DNA of 64,000 bases, from the NCBI GenBank assembly GCA_963668175.1, contig OY764159.1, positions 2,336,001 to 2,400,000 of the forward strand. Reading direction: 5' to 3'. Within the stretch, counting starts at the first letter, position 1; each line of letters starts with the position of its first letter. The notes under the pieces are model-generated. The model ran no database searches. It was not told the origin of the DNA and was given only the letters and a program-made list of their open reading frames with translations. Both the position numbers and the translations under genes were made by a program. This DNA comes from Syntrophales bacterium (lineage in GTDB: Bacteria > Desulfobacterota > Syntrophia > Syntrophales > PHBD01). Of the stretch, positions 37,004 to 48,000 are shown one piece after another.

Positions 37004-38596
37004 CTATTTCCAGGGTTTCAGGGCCGCAGCGTTTTCGCCGGCAATGCGGCCGAAGGCGATACATTCGCCAATATTGGCCCCTCCCTGGGGATACTGCACA
37101 TAAATGGAACCGAGTTCCCCGGCGCTGTACAACCGGGGAATGGGTTTCCCGAAGGGATCCACGATCTGCGCCCGGGCATTGCGCCTGGGACCGCCGAAAG
37201 TGTTGTTCAGGCCCGGCCACAGCGGCACGGCGTAGAACGGCGCGGCCTCCAGGGTACGCATCGTGCCGGCGGGCCGCCCGAAATCCTCATCCCTGCCCTT
37301 TTGAACGAAGGCGTTGAATTTCTGCACCTCGGCCGCCAGGGCCGCGGGGTCCAGCTGAATCTTCTTCGCCAGTTCTTCTATGCTTCCGGCTTTGACGATC
37401 CAGCCCCGCTCGATTTCCTTGCTGTTGTCCTTGCTCCAGTCGTACATGCCCAAGGGGCCGGCGGCGCCGAGATTGTTGCGGATCAGCGGTCCGGAAGTAC
37501 GCCGGCTCTCGTCGAAGATCCAGTAGGACGGGATGCGGGGCCAGGTATAATTGACGGTATCGTACATCAGTGCGTTCCAATAGCCTGAATACCCGCCGAG
37601 CTGGTTTTCCGCCTTGAATCGCTTCCCCGTCTTATCGACCACGATATAACTGCCGATGCCGAAGGCCTCGCCGAAAGCGGTGGGGAAATCGGGGAACTTC
37701 AGCTTGAATCCTCCCCCCAGAACGGCCATATGCCAGAGGTCCGCCCCCACCTCCTGCGCCATGCGGACGCCGTCGCCGGTATTGTCGGGATTGCCGTAGA
37801 ATGTCAGGGGGTAGGCGGGGAAATAGGCCTTGAGGGCCGCCTGGTCGAATTCAAAGCCGCCGCAGGTCAACACGACGGCCTTCGCCGCCCTGATGGTAAT
37901 ATCCTTGCCGTTCGCCTTCGCCAGGACGCCGGCGATATGCCCGTTCCTGTGCTTGATCAGTCTGGTCACCGGCGACTGCCAGAGGATGTCGATTTTCCTC
38001 TCTTTGACCTTCCCGTCGAGAAAGCCGAAGAAGTCGGTGCCGACGCCGGGAGTACGATCCGCCCTTCTGATCTGATAGGCTTTCATGGCGTCGTTGCCGG
38101 GCCATTTCGGGTCACGCCCCTTTGCGGCAAACATGAAGAAATCTTTCACCCCCAGTCCGGCGAGCCAATCCTTGTTCTGGGACATGTACTTTGCCCATAC
38201 TTCGATAACGTCGTCATCGATGTCCTTCGACTCCGGCATGTCCACATTCACGCGCGATGCGACCTGCATGTACGCAACGGCATCGGGAATGCTGGACGGG
38301 CTCATAAAGGCGCCCAGGCACATCTGCGTGTTGGATGTATGTCCCTTCTCGGACTGTTTCTCCAAAATGAGGACTTTAGAGCCTTTGTCGGCGGCCGTTA
38401 TGGCCGTCACCGCCCCGGCGCCGCCGTACCCGACGACCACGATGTCGGTCTCCCTGGTCCATTTTTTCGGCAGAGGCGCATCGGCGGCGGCCGAGACGGC
38501 ATTCATGCCGGCGACGGCCAGTGCGCCGGTGCCCACAGCCGCTCCCTTCATGAAATTTCTCCTGCTGATTCCTTGTTTCGGATCGTCCTTCTTCAT
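37004..38596 (-). CDS. Tat-exported FAD-dependent oxidoreductase (fumarate reductase / KstD superfamily)
   Basis: SRRNFMK Tat motif; VVGYGGAG; TCGGF; NTGDG; PRLYSAGE. Confidence 0.9.
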   Translation of the reverse strand: MKKDDPKQGISRRNFMKGAAVGTGALAVAGMNAVSAAADAPLPKKWTRETDIVVVGYGGAGAVTAITAADKGSKVLILEKQSEKGHTSNTQMCLGAFMSPSSIPDAVAYMQVASRVNVDMPESKDIDDDVIEVWAKYMSQNKDWLAGLGVKDFFMFAAKGRDPKWPGNDAMKAYQIRRADRTPGVGTDFFGFLDGKVKERKIDILWQSPVTRLIKHRNGHIAGVLAKANGKDITIRAAKAVVLTCGGFEFDQAALKAYFPAYPLTFYGNPDNTGDGVRMAQEVGADLWHMAVLGGGFKLKFPDFPTAFGEAFGIGSYIVVDKTGKRFKAENQLGGYSGYWNALMYDTVNYTWPRIPSYWIFDESRRTSGPLIRNNLGAAGPLGMYDWSKDNSKEIERGWIVKAGSIEELAKKIQLDPAALAAEVQKFNAFVQKGRDEDFGRPAGTMRTLEAAPFYAVPLWPGLNNTFGGPRRNARAQIVDPFGKPIPRLYSAGELGSIYVQYPQGGANIGECIAFGRIAGENAAALKPWK

Positions 38597-38805
38597 GGCT
38601 GGCACCTCCTTGAAAAGCTTCCTTGCGGGTCATGTTTCCCTTCGACACAAATAATACTATACATTCTTCAGACTCCGCAAAACAATAGAAAATATCCCAT
38701 CTCAGAACGCGGTATAGCGGCCGGATGCATCCTAGCATATCAAGCAAGATGTAATGTGTATTGAAAACAGGAAGAAATCGTGGACCGGGTTGGTGTTAAT
38801 ACGGC

Positions 38806-38849
38806 GAGGCCGTCCCCGCCGGTTCGGGAAACCGGCGGGGACGGCCTTC
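38806..38849. terminator. Hairpin terminator, repeat family copy C
   Basis: AGGCCGTCCCCGCCGGTT / AACCGGCGGGGACGGCCT long perfect stem just downstream of 38871-40391. Confidence 0.7.
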
Positions 38850-38870
38850 ATTTTAACCGATACAAAGAAA

Positions 38871-40391
38871 TTATCTCGCTGCGGGCTTTTTGGCGGGTGC
38901 CGCCTTTGACAGCACGGCGGCTTCCTTGCCGCAGACGCGCCCCATGACGAGGCAGTTGCACAGGGAGGCCCCGGCGAAGTAGTCGTCGTAATAGACGCCG
39001 CCGGCCGTCTCGCCGCAGGCGTAGAGCCCCGGGATGACGATCCCGTCCGCTTCCTGCGCTTGACCCTTGCCGTTGATCTTGATGCCGCCGAAGGTGAGCG
39101 TGATCCCCGGGACGAGGGGATAGAAGGCGTAGAACTTGGGCGTCTCGATCTTGAAGGCCACGGCCGTTTTCGGCGGCTTGGCGGCAAGCGCCTTGCCGTC
39201 CTTGACGCCGTTGTTGAAATCCGTCACGGTCTGGACGAGCTTGTCCGCCGGGCAGCCGATCTTCGCGGCCAGTTCCTGGAGGGTGTCCGCCTCCTGGAGC
39301 TTGATGCCCATGCGGGCGAAGGTGTCCATGGAGATCTGGACGCCCTGCTTCTTCTTCAACTCCTCGTCGAAGATGAGCGCCACGGTCTGGCCGGGCTGTT
39401 TCAGGGCCGCTTTGCCGTGGGCGACGTAACCCAGGGATTCGTTGACGTAGCGCGATCCGTCGCGGTTGATGCCCAGGCAGAAGGGAACCGCGCGGGAGGG
39501 GTTGCCCGAGGCGGTATTGTCCGGACTGACGGCGGCGATGTGCAGGGAGGTCAATCCGCCCATGGCGACCCACATGGCGCCCGCTTCATGGGCCATCTGC
39601 ATCCCTTCGCCCGTTGCCCAGGGCGTCCCGCGGACCATCATCTCGTCGGCATTCGGGTCGACGAAGGTTTCGAGCATCTCCTTGTTGCCCGCGTAGCCGC
39701 CCGTGGCGATGACGACGGCGTCGGCCATGTAGTCGATCAGGCGGCCGTCGGGGCCCGCCGCCCTGACGCCGATCACCTTGCCGCGGTCGTCCATGATGAG
39801 CTGTTTGGCCTTGGTGCGGAAGATGAATTTCCCGCCCGCCTTCACGAACTTGTCCTTCATCTTGGCCATGGCCCCCGGCATCCCCGCAAACTGGGCGGGC
39901 GCGACGGTCGCGGTCTTTACGCGGTAGGGCGCCGCGTCGAGGGGGGGCAGGATGTCGACGCCGCAACCCTTGAACCAATCGATGGACTCGAAGATGTTGT
40001 CCGCGATGACGCGGGATATCTCGGCGTTTCCCTTGCCCTGGCTCTTTTTCATGAAGTCTTCGTAATAGGCGTCGATCCCCGCCTTCGAGCGGTCCGGCGG
40101 CAGGCACAGCGCCCCGCCTGCAATCTTGGAGTTGCCGCCGTCCTTGCCGTTCGCCATCTTCTCCAGGACGACGACGTCGGCCCCGTCCATCCGCGCCTGC
40201 AGGGCGGCGGAGAGTCCGGCGAGTCCCGTCCCGATGACCACGACGCCGTGTTTTTCCGTCTTGGCCCCCTTGGGGAGCAGGGCCGCCTCGACCATGGTGA
40301 ACTGGCCCAGCGTCAGCACCCCCGCGCCGATGCCGATGCCTTTGATAAACTCCCTCCGGTTGAGGGTTCCCTTTCCGCTTGTCTTCTTCAT
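38871..40391 (-). CDS. Tat-exported FAD-dependent oxidoreductase (TcuA-like)
   Basis: NRREFIK Tat motif; VIGTGLAG; GGNS; ATGGY; PGITLTFGG; GLYACGE. Confidence 0.9.
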   Translation of the reverse strand: MKKTSGKGTLNRREFIKGIGIGAGVLTLGQFTMVEAALLPKGAKTEKHGVVVIGTGLAGLSAALQARMDGADVVVLEKMANGKDGGNSKIAGGALCLPPDRSKAGIDAYYEDFMKKSQGKGNAEISRVIADNIFESIDWFKGCGVDILPPLDAAPYRVKTATVAPAQFAGMPGAMAKMKDKFVKAGGKFIFRTKAKQLIMDDRGKVIGVRAAGPDGRLIDYMADAVVIATGGYAGNKEMLETFVDPNADEMMVRGTPWATGEGMQMAHEAGAMWVAMGGLTSLHIAAVSPDNTASGNPSRAVPFCLGINRDGSRYVNESLGYVAHGKAALKQPGQTVALIFDEELKKKQGVQISMDTFARMGIKLQEADTLQELAAKIGCPADKLVQTVTDFNNGVKDGKALAAKPPKTAVAFKIETPKFYAFYPLVPGITLTFGGIKINGKGQAQEADGIVIPGLYACGETAGGVYYDDYFAGASLCNCLVMGRVCGKEAAVLSKAAPAKKPAAR

Positions 40392-40561
40392 CTTCCGATC
40401 TCCTTTCGTGCTGGCGGACCATTGCCCGCTTGTCTGCGCGTTATTTGCGTTATTGACCTATCCCTGTCTTATATCATATTTGAAGTCGGACGTCCGTTAT
40501 TTTGATGGATGGGGGAGGATGGCAAGAGAAGATGGCTTGCGGCGGCGGCGCGCTTTGGACG

Positions 40562-42166
40562 TCAGACGGAGACCTGGACGGCATAACGCTTGTGGCAGTG
40601 CACGCAATAGGCGAGGACGTCGTAGGTCCCCGCTTCTGCGCCGATATCGAGGGGATACAGGTATTCCGACTCCAGGCCACAGTGCGGGCAGAAGGCGACG
40701 ATCCGGACGTTCTCCCTTTTGCGGTCTTCCGGAGCCGTGCGATCCGCGTGGCAGGTCCCTTGCCTTTCCGCGGATGCCGCCCTTACCGCCAGGAAGTCCG
40801 ACAGCTGCGTCAGGGCCGAACCCATGACGTCCCTGAAAACCGGGGTGGGCATGGACGTCATGTTGAAGACGGCGGCCTTGTCCCTGCCCATGACTTCGTA
40901 ATAGGCCTTCCGGTCGGAGATGAGGCCGCGATCCACGCACGACTGAAAGAGGGAACTGCCGGGGTAGGGCACGACGAAACCGATGGAGACCATATGGTCC
41001 TTGAAGCGGGTCTCGTAGGCGCGGCGCGTCTGTCTTACGGATGTAACGGTCTCCGCGACATCGCCCAGGATGAGGTTCCCCTGGAATCCCATGCCCGCTT
41101 TCTCCGTCGCTTCGAGGGCGCTCATGATCTCCATGGGCGTGATTCCCTTTTTCATGCTCGCGAGGACTTCGGGGCTCGCGCTTTCCAGGCCGTACATGAT
41201 GTACGCGCAGCCCGCCTCCTTCATCTCCCGCAGGAGGTCCTCGTTCACGCCGCTGTCCACCCGGAGGCTGCACGTCCAGTCGAAGTCCATGCTGTGTTCC
41301 TTCCTCACCCGCTTCAGCCCTTCGCATAGGGCGTGCAGCCGTCCCTTGCGGGCCGCCAGCAGCTCGTCGTAGATGAAGAGGAAGTTGAACAGGTAACGCT
41401 TGTAGAAATGAACGACCTCGGCGAGGAAGCTTTCGATGCTGCGCATCCGGTATTCCTGCCTTCCCCATCCCGCGGCGTCGAGGCAGAACGTGCAGCGGTG
41501 GGGGCAGGATCGTCCGAGGGAGATCGGCAGGACCCGCGGATGGGTGCGCGTGTGCAGGAACGTGTCCGTCACCGCCGGGGACTGGGTCGCCATCTCCAGA
41601 TATCGGTCGTAATCGAAAATGTCGTACAGGGGGTAGGGCAGCCTGTCCAGATCGCGGGACATCTGGCGCTTTTCCGTCATGCGCATTTCCCCCGCATCCC
41701 GGTAAAGAAGATTGGGGACCGTTTCCAGGTTTCCCTTTTTCTCCAGGCAATCGAGGAGCATGACGAACGATTCCTCCGCGTCGCCCATGAGGGCGTAATC
41801 GGGGGCAAGATCGGAAAAGACGAAGGGCGCGTCGAAGGTGATGAGGCCGCCGCCGCAGACGATCGGCGTGCCGGGCGCCCATTTCCGGGCATGGGCGATG
41901 GCGTCGCGGACAAAGAGGTAGTCGGAGGTCAATCCTCCCATGGCGACGACGTCGGGGCGGTGTTGCGCGACGGCCGCCTTCAGGCAATTTTCCAGCGCTT
42001 GATTTGCCGAAGGGACGCACCATTCGTAATTGACGGTCGCGCCGAACACGTCGTGCCCGGCGGCCGCCGCCGATGCCGCGATGTAGGGAAGCCCCTGCCC
42101 GAAATGCATCAGGGAGGGCTCGACGGCCGGGTAATTCGATTTTGTCTGCAAGAAGAGAATGCGCAT
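40562..42166 (-). CDS. B12-binding radical SAM protein with C-terminal Zn ribbon
   Basis: N-terminal cobalamin-binding-type domain (IVCGG, GDAE); GRSCPHRCTFC; YGLES; PYPGS; CPHC...CVHC. Confidence 0.9.
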   Translation of the reverse strand: MRILFLQTKSNYPAVEPSLMHFGQGLPYIAASAAAAGHDVFGATVNYEWCVPSANQALENCLKAAVAQHRPDVVAMGGLTSDYLFVRDAIAHARKWAPGTPIVCGGGLITFDAPFVFSDLAPDYALMGDAEESFVMLLDCLEKKGNLETVPNLLYRDAGEMRMTEKRQMSRDLDRLPYPLYDIFDYDRYLEMATQSPAVTDTFLHTRTHPRVLPISLGRSCPHRCTFCLDAAGWGRQEYRMRSIESFLAEVVHFYKRYLFNFLFIYDELLAARKGRLHALCEGLKRVRKEHSMDFDWTCSLRVDSGVNEDLLREMKEAGCAYIMYGLESASPEVLASMKKGITPMEIMSALEATEKAGMGFQGNLILGDVAETVTSVRQTRRAYETRFKDHMVSIGFVVPYPGSSLFQSCVDRGLISDRKAYYEVMGRDKAAVFNMTSMPTPVFRDVMGSALTQLSDFLAVRAASAERQGTCHADRTAPEDRKRENVRIVAFCPHCGLESEYLYPLDIGAEAGTYDVLAYCVHCHKRYAVQVSV

Positions 42167-42422
42167 CGCCGGGGTCACCTGTGATAAAAGCTCGTTTTCG
42201 CGTCAAGAGTAAGTTCGTCGGGCCTGAATGTCAACGGAATATTGAGCGTAACATGCGGAACGCGGCGCAGTGGACGGGTAAAAGCAGGCCTATACCGTCC
42301 GTCGTTTTACGCGGACAGAGCGCCTGGGTGAAGAAGGCTAACGTACCAGGATGGGGCATGAACGGGCACGCGCCGCACCAAGCCTCCTGGAAGGATTTCA
42401 ACTAGAATACCTACCGCAAACT

Positions 42423-42791
42423 TCATTCCTTCTCATCTGACTTTTTGGGCCGTCTAAAAAGATAAATTGGATTCCTTGTTGAAACGCCCCCTGCTAAAAA
42501 GAATGAAAAAAAGCAAATAAATATAATGATCCGAATGATTAAAATCTCTTCGTAGACTGAAAAAACAAAAACGAACGGGACTATTGTGATGACTAACCAA
42601 TCCACGAGTAATAGCGATTTTAATCCAAGAATGATTTTCTTCTTTGGAGAAAATATCCGAAGACAGGTAACGGAAAAGAAAGTAACAATAGAAAGAAAAT
42701 CAGCGTCCGAAGCATGGAAGTGCGAAAGACTGAAATAAACACCTGCACCGAAGAAGCTGCCAATTGCAATACTCTTGATGATTTCTGCCAT
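42423..42791 (-). CDS. Small AT-rich hypothetical membrane protein
   Basis: About four hydrophobic segments; SD AGAGG; directly after pbpC. Confidence 0.6.
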   Translation of the reverse strand: MAEIIKSIAIGSFFGAGVYFSLSHFHASDADFLSIVTFFSVTCLRIFSPKKKIILGLKSLLLVDWLVITIVPFVFVFSVYEEILIIRIIIFICFFSFFLAGGVSTRNPIYLFRRPKKSDEKE

Positions 42792-42842
42792 TTCCGTTTC
42801 CTCTTTGAGCATAAATTGGAATCCGACGAAACGAAGAACCGC

Positions 42843-44999
42843 TCACCGCACCACAAAAGTGACCGAATCGAGGATGCGCTCTTCTTCGTCCGTGATGGCG
42901 AGGATGTGGGTGCCGCGCTCCGGCTTCCAGAGGAAGGCGCTGCCGGAGGCGACCGTCCTTTCGTCGAGGCGCCAGGCGAAGCGCCGCCCCTCGGGTCGGG
43001 CGCTGAAGGATACGCGCTGGTGATCCTCGGGGATGTCGGGGTCGATGGTGATGATGCTCCCGCGGACGGGATACGCGATGGACGGCTTCTCGTGCCTCAG
43101 GTTTCGGGCTATGGCCGTATCCGGCTCGGAGCCTGCGACGAACCATTCCTGCCGGTCCGGTTCGATGCCGTCCGCGAATTGGACCTTCTTGGCAACAACG
43201 CCCGGCGTGGGCTTCGGCGGCCGCGAACCCGTCGATGCGTGGAGGGCGTTCATCGTCTCCGTCCAGACCGGCGCCGCGCCGCTGATGCCCGTGACGTTCC
43301 ACATGGGCTCGCCCGCGAAGTTCCCGATCCAGACGCCCACCGTGTATCTCTCCGAATAGCCGATGCACCAGTTGTCCCGCATGTCCTTGCTGGTGCCGGT
43401 CTTCACCGCCGTCCAATAGCGCGTGGACAGGAAATTTTCCAAACCGAACGTGGCGCTTCTCGACTCCCTGTCGGAGAGGATGCTCCCGATGATAAACGCC
43501 GCGTCCCTGTCCACGATCCGTTTCGGTTTCGCCCGCGCCTCGCCGGGAAGCAGTCTGAGCGCCGACCATTCGCCGCCGTTCGCCAGAGCCCGGTAGGCGT
43601 TGGCAAGCTCGTAGAGGCTGACGTCGATGGAGCCGAGGGCCGCGGAGTAGCCGTAGTAGTAAGGCTCCCTGCTGATGCTCTCCAGGCCGAGCGCTTTGAG
43701 ACGCTCCACGAAAGGCTCCACGCCGACGAGCAGCAGCGTGCGCACGGCCGGGATATTGAGAGACGACGAGAGCGCCGTCCGGACGGTCACCGGCCCCAGG
43801 TAGTCGTTGCCGTAGTTCTCCGGGACGTAAAGGCCCGTCGGCGTCGGGATCTGGAGCGGCGCGTCCTCCAGGATCGACGCGGCGGTGAGGAGCCGCTTCT
43901 CGACGGCAAGGCCGTACAGGAACGGCTTGAGCGTCGAGCCCGCCTGACGGACCGCCCTGATGCCGTCCACGTGGGAGGCCGACGAAGCCGGGCCGCTGTT
44001 TCCCACGTAGGCCAGGATGTCGCCGGTTTTGTTGTCGAGGACGATCACCGCGCCGTCATGGACGTTGCGGCCGGAGAGGTCGCCGAGGCGGCGGTTGAGG
44101 ATGTCGTAGACGCGCTCCTGGAGCCTGCCGTCGAGGGTCGTCCGCACGCGCTGGCCGCTCTCGGAAAGCAGCATGCGCGCCACATGGGGCGCGAGGGCGA
44201 TCTGGGGCCGGACGAGGTAGGGCCGGCCGATCTTTTCGCGGACGAGGGCGGAAATCTCTTCCGCCGACGCTTGGGACCCCAGGGACTGGCCGATGAGATA
44301 GGCGCGGGAGGCGATGCGCTCAAGGGACGTCCGGGCGGAAGGTATCAGCGCGGCCAGGATGCAGGATTCGCTGTCGTTGAGGCCGGAGGGCTCCTTGTCG
44401 AAGAAACCCCTGGACGCTGCGGCGATGCCCTGGACCTCGCCCCTGAAGCCGATGAGGTTGAGATAGCTTTCGAGGATTTCGTCCTTTGTCCACGTCCTTT
44501 CGATCTGCCGCGCGTAGCGCATCTGGCGGAGCTTCTCGCGGAACGTTCTCCGGGCGTGCCGGGGCCGCAGGTCCTTGTCCAGACGGGCCGCAAGCTGCAT
44601 GGTGATCGTGCTCGCGCCCCGCGCTTTTCCGCCTGTCAGGCGCTTCGCGGCGGATGCGGCGACGGCCCGCCAGTCCACGCCGGAATGTTCGCGGAAGCGC
44701 CTGTCCTCTGCATGGACGACGGCCTTGACGAGCGCGGGCGAGATGTCCGCAAGGGCCGTCCAGTCCAGGCGCCGGCCCTGGGGGTCGACGCGGAGTTCAT
44801 GGATCACCCGGCCGTGCCGGTCGAGGAGGACGGCGTCCGAAACCTTGAAGCTCTCTTTCACTTTCGCGAACGTCGGGCAGGGCGGCCCCGCCTGTCTCAG
44901 GAACAGCGCCGCCGCGGCGAAAAGCAACAGGACGCCCGCGCCGAGAATCGACGCCGTCCATATGACGAATTTTCTGTTAACGACGATACGCATGGTCAT
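42843..44999 (-). CDS. pbpC: Penicillin-binding protein 1C
   Basis: Transglycosylase EDRRF and GASTITMQLA; transpeptidase STLK, SLN, KTGT; follows alpha-2-macroglobulin. Confidence 0.95.
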   Translation of the reverse strand: MTMRIVVNRKFVIWTASILGAGVLLLFAAAALFLRQAGPPCPTFAKVKESFKVSDAVLLDRHGRVIHELRVDPQGRRLDWTALADISPALVKAVVHAEDRRFREHSGVDWRAVAASAAKRLTGGKARGASTITMQLAARLDKDLRPRHARRTFREKLRQMRYARQIERTWTKDEILESYLNLIGFRGEVQGIAAASRGFFDKEPSGLNDSESCILAALIPSARTSLERIASRAYLIGQSLGSQASAEEISALVREKIGRPYLVRPQIALAPHVARMLLSESGQRVRTTLDGRLQERVYDILNRRLGDLSGRNVHDGAVIVLDNKTGDILAYVGNSGPASSASHVDGIRAVRQAGSTLKPFLYGLAVEKRLLTAASILEDAPLQIPTPTGLYVPENYGNDYLGPVTVRTALSSSLNIPAVRTLLLVGVEPFVERLKALGLESISREPYYYGYSAALGSIDVSLYELANAYRALANGGEWSALRLLPGEARAKPKRIVDRDAAFIIGSILSDRESRSATFGLENFLSTRYWTAVKTGTSKDMRDNWCIGYSERYTVGVWIGNFAGEPMWNVTGISGAAPVWTETMNALHASTGSRPPKPTPGVVAKKVQFADGIEPDRQEWFVAGSEPDTAIARNLRHEKPSIAYPVRGSIITIDPDIPEDHQRVSFSARPEGRRFAWRLDERTVASGSAFLWKPERGTHILAITDEEERILDSVTFVVR

Positions 45000-45068
45000 G
45001 GCGCAACTGCGCTATTTCCGGTCATCATCCGGCGAACCCGCAGACTCTCCCGCGGGCGCGCCCGCCGC

Positions 45069-48000
45069 CTATTGGCCGTTCGCCGGTTCGACTTTCACGT
45101 CCCGGTTGGGGACCTCCCCGAACATCTCCGGAGCGTAGAGGGCCTCGACGCGCGTGGCGGGCAGCTTGAACGACCCCGGATTGTTGAGGCGGATCGTGTA
45201 TTCCACCGACCACTTGCCCTTCGGGATGTATTCGTAGTAGCTGCGGAACGCCTCGAAGGTGCGCTCCGTGTAGGCCGGCCACGCCCAGCCCGTGCTCTTC
45301 TCCTTCGCCGTGAGGAGCGACGAGCCGCCCATGTCGGCCCTTAGGATGCCCGCTCCGGCCGGTATCGGGTCGTTCACGACCACCCACGTCATGTCGGCCT
45401 GCGCCTCCATGTCGAGATTAATCCGGAGGACGTCGCCGCGGCTCCACTTGCCTTTCACCTTCTGCTCCACGGCCGTGACGGTCTTCTTGATCTTGTAGCC
45501 GCTGGAGAAGGGCTCCTTCAGGGGGATCGCGGCCATGCTCCGGACCACGGCCCACGGCGCGCCCGTTCCCTTCTGGGCGATGCGGAGCGTCTCTTTGCCG
45601 CGAGGCCAGCCGAACGAGAGCGTCCTGCCCTCCGGCGCGCCCGCCCAATCGACCGAGGCCGTATTGCCGTTGAGCGTTGCCGATGCGGTGCCGGTCACGG
45701 CCGTCGCTTCGTACTTCTGCGAGAATTTCTCCACGGCCAGCACCCCCCAGGCGTTTGCCACGGTCGTGTCCCAGTGGCCGCGGCGCATGCGGTTCATGGC
45801 CCCCGCCGTCAGGCGCGGGATGTCCTCGTCCCAGCCGGGGGCGTCGAGGAGCGCCAGGATCGCCTTCATCGTGCTGCTGTCCAGGGATTCCATGAGCCAC
45901 CAGAGGGAGCTTATCGTCTCCGTGGAGAGACCCATCGTCGTCCCCTGGAGGTTCATCCGCGAACGGAGGATCTGCCGCGCGGCCTGGAGCCTGGCGTCCC
46001 TGTCCTTGAGCTTCTCTGCCCGCGCCAGGACGTTTGCCCAGTTGACGACCGCCGACGTGGGCCAGAGGTTCGGCTCGACGGGGATGGAACTCAGGTCCTT
46101 ATCGGAAAGGTTGACATAGCGCGAAAGGGCCTCCGCCGCCGCGACCTTCCGGATGGAGAGGTCCGCCGTGGGCAGGGCGCCGTAGCGGACGACGCGCCCC
46201 TCGATGAAGCCCTTGAGCCCGCCGGTCGTTCTCTCCTTCAGATAGTCGGGGAATTCGTAGCCGGCCTCGTTCGCGACCGAAAGAACGTAGGCCGTCAGCA
46301 CGTCGCTCCCGTTGGTCATGACCGGGAAGTACTTGAGGAGGCCCGCGCCGTCGAGGTACGAAGGCATGTCCCGGACGATCGCCGCCCACATGGCCCTGTC
46401 GCGCAGCGCGACCGCCCTGGACACCCGCTGTTCGAGGCAGGTGTATGGATAGTAACTCATGTACTCCCGGACGCCCGCAAGGCTGCGCGAAAGCGTGGGT
46501 TTCACGTCCACGTGGACGCCGCCCCTTCCGGATACGGCGTCCTTCGGCTTTTCGACGTCCGTGCGGAACGCGTCCTTCACCTGGACGAGCGTCGCCTGGA
46601 ACGTCCGCACGGGCACGGCCTTGGCGACCTTCTGGGATACCTTCATGCGGTCGGAGGCCTCGCCGCCTTTCTCCTTCACGGCGATTTCGTAATCGAGGCG
46701 GTCCACGTCGAAGGGCACCGTGACGGGCCACGCAATCTCCTTCGCTTCGCCTGCGGCGATCTTCGCCGAAACGGTTTCCTGCGGCTGTTTCTCCTTGCCG
46801 CCGACGGACAGCGTCAGCTCGACGTCCATCGGCCTTTCCGAGGCGTTCCGCACCGTGAAACCCGCCGCGAAGGAATCGCCCTCGCGGACGAGCTGGGGCA
46901 GGCCCGACATCAGCATCAGGTCCTGCGACGTTCTGACGGTGGCCTCGCCCGTGCCGAAGAGGCCCGTGCCGCCGTCGGCCACCGCGACGATCCGGAAGGC
47001 CGTCAGGGAGTCGTTGAGGGGAATCTTCACGGAAGCCTCGCCGTTCGCGTCCAGCGCCACGCGCCCCTTCCAGAGGAGCAGCGTATCGAACAGCTCGCGC
47101 GTCGTCTGCCTGCCGCCGCCTCCGCCGTGAGCGAGGGCTTTGAGGCCGAAGTGGCGTTTGCCGACGACCATCGCCTGCGCGGTCGAGGTCTCGATCTCGT
47201 AGGCGCGACGGCCCATCATGGCGTTCAGGAGCTTCCAGCTTTGATTGGACATGAGGAGCAAAAGCCCCTCGTCGACGGCCGCGATGGCGACCTCGGTCCC
47301 CGCCGGCGGGGCAAGGCCCCCGGCCTTCATGGCCTTCACGCGGACGTCCATCGTCTCGCGTATTTTGTAGACGCCCTTGTTCGGCCTCACCGAGACGAGA
47401 AGTTCGTGGTCCTTCCAGCCGACGTTGATCTCGCCGATGCCGATCTTGTAGGCGGGCCTGCCGGGATCGAAGGTCGCCGTCGGTTTCGTGTCTCCGACGC
47501 GACCGCGCACGACAAGGACCGAGACGTAGACGTTCGGGGCGTAGTGCGGTTTCACAGGCACTTCGACGACGGGCGCTTTGCCCGATAGCTTCTGCGTGAA
47601 CGTATCGACGACGCCTTCGCGCTCCACGGTCACGAGGGCCGTGGCCTCGCGGAAGGGCATCCGGACCTGGAAGCGCGCCGTTTCGCCGGGTTCGTAGCGC
47701 TTCTTCTCCGGCAGGACGTCGATGCGGTCCTCGTTCTTCGCCGCGAACCACCACTCGTCGCTCCCCGCCACCCACAGCGTGTAGTTGGCGGAGGCCGTGT
47801 TGCCGGCGGCGTCCTTCACTTCCGCGTGAAGGATGATGCTTCCCGACGCAGGCGGTTTCCCTTCGCAGACGAGGATGCCGTTCTTCCCGGTCTTGCCTGC
47901 GAAATGGCGGCCCAGGGCCTTGATCTCCGTTGTGTGCCGGTAGGCGTAGAATCCGCCGACGAGGCGGACGCGGTGGGAGATGGTGCTTTCCTGGAAGACG

